Origin: Klebsormidium nitens
Lineage: Eukaryota > Plantae > Klebsormidiophyceae
DNA: 64,000 nt
Reading direction: 5' to 3'
NCBI GenBank assembly: GCA_000708835.1
Contig: DF237025.1
Location: 1-64,000, forward strand
Shown: piece by piece, positions 34,625-48,600 of the stretch
How positions within the stretch are numbered: position 1 is the stretch's first letter
Layout of the letters: every line of letters begins with the position of its first letter
Notes under the pieces: model-generated
Told to the model about the DNA's origin: nothing
The model's database searches: none
What the model saw: the letters and a program-made list of their open reading frames with translations, nothing else
Position numbers and translations under genes: made by a program

Positions 34625-35873
34625 TGTTGCGAATAAGTGCAAGGGAAGCTTAGCAGTTTCAACAGATCCCCTTATTGGTTCATTCCCTGATTTGCATGCC
34701 GATCGATGTAGTAAACAGTAACAGCCAGTGAAGAGTAACGGATACGGGTAGGGTTGGTTAGGGGGTTGGGGTGGGGTGCGGAGCGGGTGATCTTTCGGGT
34801 TAGGGTTTTTAGTATACCCCAATTGCTTACTGCTCACTAGATCGGAGAATAATACCTGATTTGCGACCGCATCAATGGCGATTGGGGGCATGCTGGTTAG
34901 CTGCATGCATGTGCCACATCTTTTGTGGTAGCGTGGTGTTGAAAGAGGTCGCCGTCGAGAGGGCCAGTCAGAATGTAGGGGGGAAATGGCGAGCCGCTCT
35001 TTAAATTGCAGTGGGACCTCACTCTGTGCATCTTCGTGGTGAACTTGAGATATGTTCAACAAAGTATACTGCCTGACGAAATGTGCACGTTCGACGACTT
35101 GATAAACTTCCCTTCACATATGAGGGAAGTTCTCTCGATCGGATCCGCAGTGCATGAGCTGTTATCATGTCAACGTGTGAGACCCGACTTAGACGACTAC
35201 CATCCTTTTCAGGGCAATGAAAAACGCATGCCACCAGTGTTGAAGTTGCCAGCAAGCAAACTCGGTCTCTCTTGCATCCGGAGACGCAATTCGCGCGTTA
35301 ACTCAGGCATTAAGTGGAGATCGACTCCGGGATGAACTTTGCTTTACCTGCTGTACGTACAGGCCAGGCTTATATACCAGGCTCCTCTTACTCCGGTCCC
35401 GTCTCAGTCTTGGGCGATCAATCAATGACCACGGCCCACGTGGGAGGCCGCATATAAGCAGGCCAAACTCATACGAGATCGGATTCAACTCAAAATGCTA
35501 ACACTAAGTATCTTACCTTCACATGCACGAGGCACGTAGCTTATCAGAAGCATAGGTCTACATATCTATTTAAACACCCCGCCTTCATGCTACCGAAACT
35601 CGTACAATACGATCAGCTGGCACAGCATCTAAGGCATGTACGCAGCATATGGACCGCGCGGGCAATTGACCATTGGCATGACGCATCATATTTCATGCCA
35701 TCATCCTATGCAAAATCGCCTCACGTCCATGAAACTGTGCCCTTCCCGGCCATAATAAGCCTGCAGATGAACTCAACTCGGGCTTCTGTCAACCACTTTG
35801 CAAGGTAGAAATGCATCGTTCATCGGTCAATGCAACATAAGCCGATTGAATTCGTGACAACAGATCTGCGCGC

Positions 35874-38800
35874 CTACAACTCGTTCCTACTTCCGGAAAA
35901 GCTCTTCACTTTTGCGATCAACTCAGATGCTTGCTCCTTCAGCTCTACAAACACGGTGTACGCCTTCCGCGACAACACGCTCAAAAAGTCGTGGAGGCCG
36001 TCCGGCTCATACTTGTCGAACCGCCACTCTCGGTCAACAAGACGCCGCGGAACCGGCTCGTGCAACGACTCTGCAACACAGCCAAGTACACAGGTTTCAA
36101 CACCTCTTGGATAAATCTTGGTTCGCGAGTGATGTTACGTGACTGCTGTCACGTCCGGCAGAAGTGTCTCTCACGCGGGGAGGATGCTCGAGGCCGGAGA
36201 ATGCTTGATCTAAGAGTCTCAGTATGGACGAGCGGACTTTTCTACGTTTGACGAGGCCGACCAGCCGTTCCACTTCCTGATCTGCAAACGACCATCTTAC
36301 GAGAAGAAAATGCTGTCGATGTGAGCGAAAGCGTGTTGCGGCCAAGATGAGAACCCCAATCAAGAGATGCGAAACAGAACTGCGAAGAGGGCTGTGCTTA
36401 GGAGACCCCCCCGAGCTGTTCAAGATGCCTGCTTTTGGGCAGAAGAGACCAAAGTAATACCATATAATTACGCAGCGCTATCCAATTCGGTGGACTCCAA
36501 ATGACCAATCCAGCTGAAGAGCTCTCAAGGACTCTGCCTCAACATACGGCGCTTGTGACTAGAAATTTTCACCCCGAGCTCATCCCCCGGGGAAATGCTT
36601 AGGACCACTCACCCGCAAAGACGTTCCCGGTGGGCCCCACCGCCCGGCAGAATGGGTGCGTCTTGTTCCGCTCCACCGCCGCGCGCAGGTGCTCCCACGC
36701 GCGGCCGCGCTGCTCGTGGCTGATCCGGCCCGTCTGCGCGATCTGCACCGTCCGATGAAGAGGTCGTCAGTCGCTCGTAAAGACTGACGGTCACAAATGC
36801 CCGCGGTGTATGGAATTTTTACAAATTGCTGGGGCGTCAATCGAGGAAGGTAGCAGGTAAGCAGCTGAGTAACAAACCGTCCGGTTGCACGCTCTGTCGC
36901 ATTGAAGGAGGACGATGCACTTCTTGAGAAGATGGAGATATGCAAGCAAACCTCAAGCACAAAAATTCAAAAATTAGTCTTCAAAACCACCTTCGCATAT
37001 GCAGGCAATCAGCTGTCATATCTGGTCAACCGTAGATAAACCATGGATGTTGGTCAAGCGTCTGTGACTTCCCAAGAAAACAATCGCGTACCTTTCTGAA
37101 GAGGTCGTACGACGGCCGCGGCAGCCGCTTGAAGTCGTTGGCGCGGTCGACGCGGACCAACCCAAACTTCGGACAGTAGCCGTCGGACCACTCCCAGTTG
37201 TCCGAAAGCGTCCAGTGAAAGTAGCCGTCCACGGGGACGCCCTGAACGCGAGGAACTAGCATGAGTAGGAGGTCCGGGCAACGTTTTTCAAAGTTAAGTT
37301 TTGTGTTTTGGGCGAAGAATCGTCTCGTCTAGGAGGATGGGATTGCGAGAGGGTGATTTGGTGGTTTCCTTCAGAACGCTTTTGACAGAGCGGTGGGCGA
37401 CCTGTTTTGCCATGTGCGCCAAAAACGGGGTAGGAATCTGCACAAAAACTTGTCTCCAAGACTTCAAGATTTCATTGCAAAGGACGGGACGCGAGCTCAC
37501 AGAAGCATTTTGCTTCTAAGACTGCGTTACTAAAGTGAAGTCAGCTGAGAACCAGCAAAAAAGAACCAAAACAAAAAACAAAGCCGATTGCTCAAGCATG
37601 CCAGGTTGCTGGTCAGATGAGGAGTTAAGGAACTTCGCTCTTACCTCCGCTTTGGCCGCAAACACGGCCAGCAAATGCTCCACGAGATAAGCGGGCCGCA
37701 ACACGTCCTTATCATCGGCTATGCCGTTCTCCGTTATCACAAAACGGACGTTCGTCTTCTCGGGCGTGTTATACCGCTGGTGGAAGGACCATAGCGTATG
37801 GTACAGGCCGTCCGGGTATATTGCCCGGCCGGAGTCGCTAAACTCGATGCCTGGGGCGATGAACGGCCCGGTCCCTGACACAATCTCCTGGAGAAGAAAG
37901 CAGTCACGCACGTAAGGCATAGAATCTGGTTTTGTGAGTCGGCGTAAGTCTTTTGTTGCAAAAAAAAGAGCATGTAGGGCTGGAACTTGATTTTTGTTCT
38001 ATGATCTCAGTTTGGCAGCTGCCCCGAGGTGCTTCGTCAGTCCATCGCCGCCTCACGAGATAATTCCGGAGGGATTCTCAGGTCTATACATTCGACGAGC
38101 CTCTGACGTACGATTGTGCCCGGACGCCTGCGAATGTTCTACAAAGTTCGTTGCACATTTTAAGCAGGCTCTTGATGAGAAAACGTCGCAACTCCTCCTT
38201 CGATATCAAGGTCGGAGAATGGTCATCGACACTTGCAGAATCCTGATTCTCCGACTCTGTAAACAAATTCGGCTCGGGCGGTCAGGAAGAACGCCCGAAA
38301 ACAAGATTGTTTCGGTCGCTCAAGTTGGATCGTAATCAGACACCGCAACAAGTGCATCCGCTCGGACGCTCGGACGCCTGCGTAGAATTAAGCTCGGACG
38401 CCCACGCGAACAAAGTTCGGACGTCGGAGCAAACCTAATACATCAATCGGTCCCCTAGGATGAACCAAAGTTGGACGCCCAAGAAGAGCTTTCGGACGCC
38501 TAAATTGTTGTACTTGGGACGCCCGAGCAGAGTTTGAGTGCTCCCGTCGAACCAGAAATGGTCGCCCAAGCAAGATTTTGTTCGAAACGCTCCCGTCCAA
38601 CTTCAAATCGGACGCCCACCTGTCCGTAGTAGTTGAGGCCGATGAAGTCAAGCTTGCCGCGCAGGCGGTCCGGTATGTACCAGCGGTTCACGTACTGCCC
38701 CAGCTTGGCGAGCGGCGCGTCGAACAGGCCCCACGGCCGCATCACCGCCGTGAAGTGGGCGATGCCAATCACTGGCTTTTTCCTGCATTGTTGAGCATAT

Positions 38801-41800
38801 TTCTGAATTTTGTTTTGTGAAGAAAAGGGACTAGTTTAGGGGAAAGGTGGACCAAAGGGCCATGAAGATACCTGGCGTTTCCTGCTACACAACGAACTGT
38901 TGAACCTTGTTCCAGGAAAATGGAAGCCGAAATCAAAAGATTCAGCGAATCAATCATACAAACGGGGGACGCCCTTTTTCGAACCGTGTGGGCATACTGC
39001 CTCCAGCGCGAAAAAGAAATCGTGACCGAACGTTGAAAGCAGCCGCTCGGCTCTCAACGGCAAGGGGACATGGTGTCTTAGAGTTCGTCTCTAAGCGACA
39101 TTTGTGTAATCCTGCATGAGATCTCAACTCCCCATACCGCGCAGATCAAAGGAATTGCTGTTCCACGTTGTATGCCAAAGGGATCTCCATGTCCTTCGAG
39201 TTTACGAAGGATAGCGCACTCAGATACAAGTTACGAGTCACAGAATCCGGTTGACTTCCTTGACTGCTCAATCAGCAGTCTGCAGCTGTACACTCCATGA
39301 CCTCCGAGTTAGCTCGCCCTAACCCAGCGACTCTGGTTAAGTACCCACTCTACTACAAATCCCATGTTCTCCCAGAAACAACTAAAAACCCGCACAAGAC
39401 CAGTTGGTTAGAAGACTCACTCGCTCGACATCCCGTGCATCGCATCGTACGCCTCACGATGCGCCTGGATCATGTGATCGACGGCCCCGAACAGCCGGCC
39501 AAACTTAGGAACGCCGCACAAGACAGTCTGCAGGAGAGACGGCCGGAAAGTGGGGCTGCGCCCCGGGGGCCAGTTGCCGGTGCAGTACGAGAGCGTCGCA
39601 AAGATTTGGGCCTCGTTGAAGAGGACGTAGCGGTCTACGAGGTCGCCCAATTCGCGGTGAACCACCCTGCGCAGACGAAGGTACGGACCTATGCCTTTTG
39701 CCGTTCCTTTGGCTGCTCTCTCTTTCAACAGCAACTCTCTCTGGAAGGGAGTGGGACAAGTAAAATCTCTCACCCCAACGCTCAAATAGGACGGTATTCT
39801 TCTCGATTGCGGAAATGCTTTGGATGATGCCAGGAACCGCTGAGGATCCACAATCAACAGCTCAAGATTCAGTAATTTCTACAAGCCCTCATGTTGAGAT
39901 GAAACGAAGTGTGCCAAGCGCTTGACCATCTGCTTGTGAGTTATGTCTCCTTCAAACCCAACAAACAGTCGGTATGAGTCAGCTCGACGATGCCTGAAGT
40001 GGTGGCCACCGAGGAATGTTTGGTTTTCTCAGACAATAGCATATGAACCTCGCAAAAATGGAACCCTTGTGTGAACGGCTCGAGTTTGTGGGGAGATTCA
40101 GATGCGGCCGGGCAAACCCGTTTCTAAACAGCACTTTCCTCCTCAGCTTACTAAGCGGCACATGAGTCAACTTCTCCCCCCATCCCCCCTCCCACCACCA
40201 CCCCTCCATCATGTGTAGTGCACCAGCCAGCCCCGCAATGTGTAACTAGACACGAATTTGCAACTAGACAGGCGGCAGAAAGCTTACACGCTGAATTCCA
40301 CGAAGTACTTGATTGTCCTCTTGTCCGTCCAGCCACCGTATGGGATTGCCCACTTTGGCATCGAGTGGTGGAACAAGGTTAGCATAACCCGCATGCCATG
40401 CGCCCTAACCCGCTCCAGGATGCCCCGGTAGTGCTCCAGGGCTTGCCGGTCAAGCTGCACATGAACGGCGCAAGATACAATCATTGACAAAAGAACACTT
40501 TCGTCAGAGCGATAGTTGTAACACGTTGTGCCATTATGGAAGCTTGTAACCCGTCGAAAACGGCAGACTGTCTCAATTGTTCTCGAAGCTGTATGGATGG
40601 GTTGTGATGGTTCCTCAAGGGTGTCAGCAACTCATTGAACTCCTCCACCTATAGCCCTTGATTTGCTGAACGCAATTACGATTCAACACCACCCGCTTTG
40701 CATACATCAACCGAACCGAGGCAAAAAGACCTAACCATCTAAGCATGGTATTCTCTCCGCTCAAACAACAAGTTCCTGCACCATAGAGATTGTGCACTTA
40801 CCATATTCACTGTTCCTTCGATGGGTTCTGTCGGAACCAGCCTCCCCCAGTCCACCCCCAGACGGTACTCCTTAACCCCCGCCTCTGCCGCTAACCTGAT
40901 TTCTGTCTCAGCATCGCTCCAAAAGCGCACACGCTGCTCTGGGAAGGGCACGTTGTGCCAAGCGGGGACGTTGAGCGGGTTAGGCAGGTTGGTGTCGGGG
41001 TCAACCCCGGGTTTGGTCGCTTTGGCAAAGTCGAGCCAGCTGTCGTCCAGCTGGTCCTCCACATGGGCGGGCGCAGTGGCGAGGCCGAAAGCGAAGCAGT
41101 CTGCAGGAAATGAATTGGATATTTTGGGTTAAGACGAGGCTAGTGAGGGACTGAGAAAGCGAAACGACGTTTTAGCAATCTCTTCAAGACGGTTTGAACC
41201 CTGAAGGGCTGGGAACTGTGCATTTGAAGCACTGCAGGGGTACAAACTGGGGCATGTTCTTTGACCAAGTGATGAAAATGAGGCAATGAAGGTTGTCCGA
41301 TGCGGAAAGAGGGTGGTGGCAATGTGGGCAGTCTGTCGATTTAAGCCGTCGAGTGCTCCGCAGGTTTCGCTGAGCCATACGAGTGAGTATTTCGAAGGGG
41401 ACTGCCAAACCAGGCTCAGGTTGGTGTGTGCAATGCAAAGCGGGAGCACGTGAATTGCCAGTGGAAGAACACCCAAAATAGCAAATGATTGACCGACTGT
41501 TGGTGACATGGGGTCTGCTCAGAATATACGCATGGCATGGGCAGAGGCTTTCAGTAAAGAACACTTTGAATACTGTATCTTTCACTAAAAAGTGCGGTGA
41601 AGTGCCTGGGAATGATAGCAAATTTTGGGCTTTCCTTTTGAAACCTTACAGTGAACAGCGCTCCAACCAACAAGCCAAGGGAGGTTGGAGTGGAATGCTG
41701 TCTCAACGGAGGCCAGACATCGCCAACGGCCTCATACTCCAAGCTGCCTGCATCCGAATTGTACATATATGTCTCAAATATCTTACAGCCAATCATGAGG

Positions 41801-42092
41801 CCTGGCTTTCACCTTTCAATGCACGCCCTTCTTGATGAGCATTGATTGAAAAGAAAAGGATTTCCGATGAGGCCTCACCGTTTGCCGACTCACTGGACTT
41901 CAATGCTGGGCCCTTGCACAGCGGTCCGAAATCTGCCAAGTAATCTGCATTTTCATTGAGGTGATAGCTCGGCTTTGCAAGGTCGTCCCTGACTATCTGC
42001 TTGGTCAGGAAAATGCAAATGACGGCAGTCGTGTTGAAGAGCAGCAGGCCCAGCCTCAGGAGCTGCCGACCGCGCCGCCGAAGATTAGCCAT
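35874..42092 (-). CDS. SFR2: SENSITIVE TO FREEZING 2-like GH1 galactolipid:galactolipid galactosyltransferase, ~9 exons
   Basis: N-terminal hydrophobic segment then YLADF; FAFGLATAPAHVEDQLDDSW; RVRFWSDAETEI; LTLFHHSMPKW; acid/base LFNEA; LDFIGLNYYGQ; SDSGRAIYPDGLY; nucleophile ITENGIAD; WTLSDNWEWSDGYCPKFGLV; DREWRF. Confidence 0.93.
38120..38619 (-). repeat. Repeated fragments of the donor-side intron start (GGCGTCC/GCGTCC) in an SFR2 intron
   Basis: Live donor ggacag|gtgggcgtccga at 38619. On the + strand ggacgc(c) recurs at 38610, 38517, 38494, 38473, 38396, 38372, 38364 and 38122. Confidence 0.7.
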
Positions 42093-42678
42093 AATTGGGG
42101 GACCAAACGAAACAAAGTTCCTACAGGTGAAGCATGAGCATGCCACCCAGAGGAGAAGCACACGTGTTCGTTATTGACTCGACACCTTGTTGTTGGTCAC
42201 TTCGCAACGTCGTAGACAGACATCCTCCTCCTTCACACGTCTGCAATTGGAGCTCCGTGTTGCGGTTTGGTGCAGCAGCAATGCATCGAAGAGCTGATCG
42301 AGGAAACTTGAAAGTCTGAAGCCTAAGGGGAGCGCAGTGACGACCCAGCTCAGCGATGCGCGCCACGTGGAGAAACATGTACTATCCGGCGGCTGTCAGG
42401 ACGCCGCTTGTCGAAAGCACATGATTGTGACACATGGCATGTTGTGAGCCAATGACAAAGCCATGTGTTGCCTCCCTGGTTGTGGTGGTTGGATTGGGTT
42501 TGGATGTCATTGTGAGAGGCGAGCGCGCAGAGGGGTATAATGGTACTCGATTTCGCTGAATGGGTCGCCTTGATTAGCCATTGGTTGGATCTTCCTTTGG
42601 CATTGTCGAAAGGTGCTTTTTCCCGCTTTTCAAGCCTGTTTTGCACCCGACACTGTACAGCGATTTGTCCCTGAGAAA
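42093..42678. promoter_or_regulatory. Shared divergent intergenic/promoter region of SFR2 and PDAT
   Basis: Start codons at 42092 (-) and 42679 (+). CACGTG at 42161 and 42364 (gccacgtgg, ABRE-like), CACATG at 42431, tataa at 42536. Part of the interval is probably 5'UTR/UTR intron. Confidence 0.55.
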
Positions 42679-45600
42679 ATGGCGCCGACCACTGAGTTGC
42701 GCCAGAGGAAGCCCGGCAAAGGCGAGGGCGGCAAAGCAGACCACTCCGACACCCCACCGGAGAAGGAGAAGCCTAAAGACGACAAGAAGCATGCCCACAG
42801 GAAGTCGAAAAAGGCGGCCCGTCCCCACTGGGGATGTTACGACGCATTCTGTTGGATGATAGGCAACCTGACCGTGCTGTTTTGCATCCTGTTCATAGTG
42901 TCGAAGTTTGTTCCGAGCAAGAAGGCGACGGAGTTTGTGATTGAGAAGATCACGGGGCAGGCTCCGCCTCAGACACCGGGTGAGAAGCTGCGCGCAGAAG
43001 GTCTACGGGTAAGTGGTCTGGCAACAACGAAGAAGCAGTGAGTGTGCGTTTGAACATTGACGTTTTGATGGCCGATGTACTATGTGCCGGACTGGAGACC
43101 ACTGCAGACACGGAGTTTGCTAACGAGAGTAGTCTATGATGGTTCCTTTCTTCCACTGTCGGTCTGCAGTCGTCTGCAAAGGTTCTCCATAAACTTTTTG
43201 CTTTGATATTCCTGGAGAATCATTGTTGGCTGCATCCTTTGCGTGTGGACTGTACTTATACGGCGGTGCAAGCAATGGTCTTGCACTTCTCTCTCCCCGA
43301 CTGGCATCAAATTGCACGTTGTGCAACCACTGTCGCAGGTCTTTAACGTCGTTCAGCCTCTCAAACTAGCACCTTGTCAAGACTGTTAGATCCCTGTCAG
43401 CATTGGTTCTGGCAGAGAATGCTTCAATCCTGATGTTTAATCATGGCGTTCATTTGCGCTAGAGCTATCCTGCTGTCCATCCAGACGCTCTAAACCTCAT
43501 TAAAGCAGGCGTGCTAAACTTTCACCAGAATCGAGCGGGATCTCCTTGCTGCAGTTGAAGCATCCGCTTGTATTTATGCCGGGCGTTGTCACGGGCGGTT
43601 TGGAGCTGTGGGAGGGCCGCGAGTGCGCCGAAGATCTCTTCCGGCAGCGCGTATGGGGGGGCGACTTTGCTGACAAAGTCCTGTCCAAGTGAGCGATCCG
43701 AAGTATGCTTTTATCAGGACCTAAGTTCAGCTCAGATGCAGACCAGATTCTTACTGTGCTCGAAGGCCAACTTTGCTTCATTTCCCAGCCCCCTTTCCTG
43801 CCTTTCTGTTGGGGTCCGCTTCTCACCAGCGTATGGTGCATATCGCCAATCTTTCGACAGCGCTCACTGAATCCTGACCTGGCCGGTAGATGTCTTTCCA
43901 GATGAGGGATCCTGTTGGTTCTTTGGGTCCGCTTCTCTATACTTCTGTAGATGGTACATAGAGTGTCTCCAATCAGTTGCGTTGCAAGGTGCAAGCACTT
44001 GAGCTACTGAGTTGCGGTATCGATGGCTTCCCGTTCGAGTTCAACTCATGTATATCTGTTGATCTGACCCAAAAGGGGCAGCTTTCTGACAGTATACTTC
44101 AAGCGAAGGACGGAGTGAGATGCTCAAGATTGCGCATCTTCTTCTCAGGCCTTCATACTTGTGCTCGTTGCATTCAGATAGGGGATCATGGCGCAATCGA
44201 AGTTGTGAAAGCAACCCCTTGAGAGCATTTACGAGTCTTCCCTACCCGAGTCCCTTGAGCGCCAAGAATGCTGACGTCACAACTCCCTTTCCCCTCAGGC
44301 CGCACTGTTGGATGGACCACTTGATCCTGGACAACGAGACCGGCCTCGACCCCCCCAACGTGCGCGTGCGCTCCGTCCCGGGTCTAGTTGCGGCCGACTT
44401 CTTCATGCCCGGATACTTTGTGTGGGCCCCAATAATTGAGAACGCGGCCCGGCTGGGGTACGACCACAAGAGCATGTGGATGGCGGACTATGACTGGCGG
44501 CTCTCGTATGGCAAGGCCGAGGTGGGTTTTTGCGACCATCTGCGTGGGAGATCTGTTCACTTTGTGGCTCTGCTTTGATGTCCGTTTGTATTGGTAAGAA
44601 GAATCTGACAAGGCGGGGTAGGAGCTCAAGAGCATGTGGATGGCGGATTTTGGCTGGCGGCTCTTGTATGGCAAGGCAGAGGTGGGTCTTGGGACCATCT
44701 GCGTGGGAGGTCTAATCACTTTGTGTATGTCTTTTTGTTTTGGTAAGAAGAATCTGAGAAGGCGGGGTAGCAGCGGAAGAGCATTGCGGATTTTGGCTGG
44801 CGGCTCTTGTTCGCAAAAGGGCGAGGTGGTTTGTCCATCCCGTGTCCGTAAGATATTGATCTATATCAATGCTTGGTCTCGATTTGACAAAAAATGAGGA
44901 GGTCGTGCTGCGTTGATCCTGTACAGGTAAAAGCATGTGATAGCAAACCATGACTTGCGGCTTTCAATTTCGCGCAGCGTAGGTGGATTCTGAACCTCGT
45001 TTCTGTAAAAGTTCCATATATGACGCGAATGCTTCCTAGTCCGGCCGACCCGTGGGGCCACCAGAGCTTCTGGCCTGAGGCCGTCCTTAGCTGGAAGGCC
45101 ACGTGGAGTACTTTGATCGAAGAAAAGGATCTATAGCAGGTCGATGGAGCTTGTTGTAGCCTTCTGCCTCGCAAGTCCGTTCGCTGAAGCTGAGGGGGGA
45201 AAGTACAATTTACTTTGCTTGCGGGAGCACGACGGCCCGTGTCGTGCCCTAATATGGTAAAATGAGCTCACGGCTGATGTGTTTATGATATGGGGTGTCC
45301 TTGTGGACAACTGATTGCAGGCTCAGGGTTAAGCACGATTGAGCCCGTTTCCCTCGTGTGGCGGAATCTGGGTGGTGCATCGAAGAATCTCAAGATATTA
45401 CCACCAGCCCAAATAATGGCGATCGTTTCCGCAGCCAAAAGCCCGACTCAAATACCTCTCAACCTCACAAGAGACAAGACCATTGTCTAACGCTCGCGTT
45501 GAGCAGAAGTGTGATGGCACACGGACCCTGATTAAAATAAAATTCCCTCCGATGTTTCTTTCAAATGGTACAGTATAGGATCAGGATCTTTTTTAAGTCT

Positions 45601-48600
45601 TTAAAAGAATACATTGAAAAAAAAGGGCTAAAGATGGACATCAACGATCCCGTTTCTATCCAAAAGGAAAACCCGCCCACTCTTGCAACCTGGGGACAAC
45701 TTGCCATTGTGAATTGGCAGTACGAGTCACTCGAGTTTGGACGACTCCGGACCCCTGACAACGTCCGTTGCTCTTGCTTGCAGAAGCGCGACGGCACGCT
45801 GACGCGGCTCAAGATGGTGATTGAGACCACGAAAAAGATGAACGATGACGAGAAGGTGGTTCTGGTGCCGCACAGCATGGGCTGCATATTGACAATGTAC
45901 TTCCTCAAGTGGGTCGAGGCGCCCGCGCCCCACGGTGCGTTATATTCCTCCCGCGCCTAGTTCCTCGTATGTTCATTTTCCGTTCCCTTGATGATACGTT
46001 TGTTTAGAAGAGAAAGCGCAGCTCAAGGTATATCTCAGATAAAGCTCTTGTTCAAACAATGAACAATGAAAAGCGGAAATGCGAGTCCGCCGACTGAAAT
46101 TTCCGAGCCCTGCGAGGCTGGAGAAGAAGGTGGTGTGGATGAATCCAAGATAGCTGCGCTGAAAGTATTGGTATTGACGACGCTTCGTAAGGAGTCGCAT
46201 CTCCGCCGTTCACTGAGCAGTGCACACGTTCGTGACTCTGGTCTCTGTCTTCCTTCACCCTCTTCGCTATCACCCTTCTCTTCGAGCCCCCACGACTTGC
46301 GGTCAGCCATGGTAACTTGTGACTCATTCTGACGTCGCAACACCTCACGAATTTTCCTCATTTGGAGCAGGCGGCGGCGGCGGCCCCCACTGGGTGAATG
46401 ACCACATCCACGCAGTTGCAGGAATTGCGGGGCCGTGGCTCGGCGTGGCTAAGGGGGTCACCGGGCTGATTTCGGCTGAGGCGAAGGACGTGGCGGAACT
46501 CAGGTGAGCGGCGCGCATTGTGACATAAGCTTCAACCATATGTTGAGGTAGGCCTATGCTGAGTTCGACAACATCCCGGCTCAAACAAACTGAAATGCTA
46601 GTTCTAAACTTGACTTGCTCCGCACGCGCACCCACCTTAAACTCCCAAAGCAACCCCTGCTCGTCTCCATGGCATTGCCTAAGTCAACATAGCCGTAGCT
46701 CAACCTGGAATCAAGTGCACTGGTGCGACCGTCACGAATTGCTTCTTTGCAAAGTTGGTCGACTCTTTTCTCGAATCTTTTAAGGCTCCCCTACCCCTGC
46801 CTCGGCAAAGCCAGGCTGTTTCGTCGAAGTAAAGAGGCGCCTGACGTAGCGCTAGCTCAGGTCGCTGAGAGGACCGTTCTCCATCTCCCTTATAGTCTGC
46901 CTTCTCAACATCTCTTCCCTTCTATTTTGCAAGGCCATGGGACCCTTTATCGTCAACACTAGGGCTTGGGGCTGGCCGACGAGTGGAAAGAGGACCACTT
47001 TCCACCCGCCTGAAAAACCGCCATCGTAGAACGCTTTTTCTTTCATGATGCAGGGCGATGGATCCGTTCATCGACAGCGGTGCGTGGGGGCCCACTAATG
47101 ATCTAAAGTCGACCGCTTTGAAAGTGCGTCAGTTCAGCGCACCCCACAGCGCTTTTGCAGGCAGATGGCCCCATTCATCAGAAGCGGCACGTGGGGAACA
47201 CTAACGAATGAAAAAAGGGACCGCTTTCACACCCCCCCAAACCATTGTCTTTGTAGAGTGCCCATATTCTTGATGTCTCCAAAAGACCTAGTTTCTGAAA
47301 CGCCCGTTCTTTCCATTTCGGCAGTGCGATGGCCCCCTTCATCGACAGCGGCGCGTGGGGCACACTGATGATACAAAGACGTCCACTGGGAACACCATAA
47401 CTTCCGGACCACCCCTTTCTTCTGCAAATCTCAAGTTTCACCCCCCCTCTCCTTTTTTTCCAGGGCGATGGCCCCCTTCATCGACAGTGGCGCGTGGGGC
47501 ACGCGCGCGTTCCAGCACGTGCTGCGCGTCAGTCGCACGTGGGAATCTCTCACGAGCATGCTCCCGAAGGGGGGTAACGCAGTCTGGGGCGACGTGGACT
47601 GGTCCCCTGAGGAGGGCTACGAATGTTGCCCCCCGAAAAAAGAAGAGGACGGCGAATTTAAGGATAAGGACGTCGGGCCGTCCGGCAAGCCGGTGGCGCA
47701 CTACGGGCGGTTCCTGTCGTTTGGACGGGAGCTGGCGGAGCTGGAGAAGGGGAAGGTCGCGGAGCGGGTTGAGAAGGTGACTTAATGGCTGGGTTTGGGC
47801 GTGGGTTTAGATCCGATTTTGGGTTTGGATTTGATTTTGGCTTTGGCTTTGGCTCTGGTTCTGAGTTTAGGTTCCGGTTTTAAGCTGGGTCTGGGTTGGA
47901 TCTAGGTGTGGCTTCGGCTTTGGCTTTTGCTTTCTTCCGCCTTCGGCTTTGGTTCTGGGTTCAGCTTCGGGTATGGGTTTTGATTTAGGTTTGAGTTCAG
48001 GTTCCGCTTTGCGTCGGTGTTTGAATCTAGATTGCTCTGCCTCTGGTGACTGCTTGCGATGCTGAACCGGACCTTTGGCTTGGTGCGTGACCAGATTACC
48101 CGTTCCAATCTGGCTGCAAACCTGCCCGTCCGTGCAGTAGTCGCACCTGAAAATGCTACATTTGGTTTCTTCTGCACCTTCGTTACGCGGATGTATGATT
48201 AAGATCCATAAGGCTTCCCCAAAATGATAACTCCTAGAACCTGGCCTGAGGGTAAGCATGAGCTTCGACTTTCCAGAGTCAACGAACTCGATCCTGGCAT
48301 AAGTGAACGTATGCCCTGGACTATTGTGCATTTCACCCGGACCAGCCGCACCTTCAGATGGGAATCTTCATTTCTCATGCAACACATAGAACAGCACATC
48401 CGAATACTCGACGGTTGTGCAATCGAAGATAGAGGCGCTCTTATTTCTCGAGACAGAGTCTTTGTCAATTGAGGTATGATCAAATCCAACTTGCAAAAGG
48501 ACACAGCCCTGCATGTTACAACAGCTGTGTACTTGAGGACTGGAATCCGGTCCTTATGGATCAGAACGTTTGGCCAGATGTTGTCTGGCATCCAGATTTG

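Noticed and set aside
34352-35062. 236-aa minus-strand ORF
   Set aside because: No motif or codon bias; partly antisense to the small plus-strand gene and its 3' region.
36100-40270. Additional very faint exon-like traces in other SFR2 introns (near 36240-36290, 38990, 39970-40010)
   Set aside because: Plausible old echoes, but similarity is too low to assert without a computed alignment.
47902-48331. Lys/Pro-rich minus ORFs (KPKPKP...)
   Set aside because: Translation of the intronic hexamer repeat.
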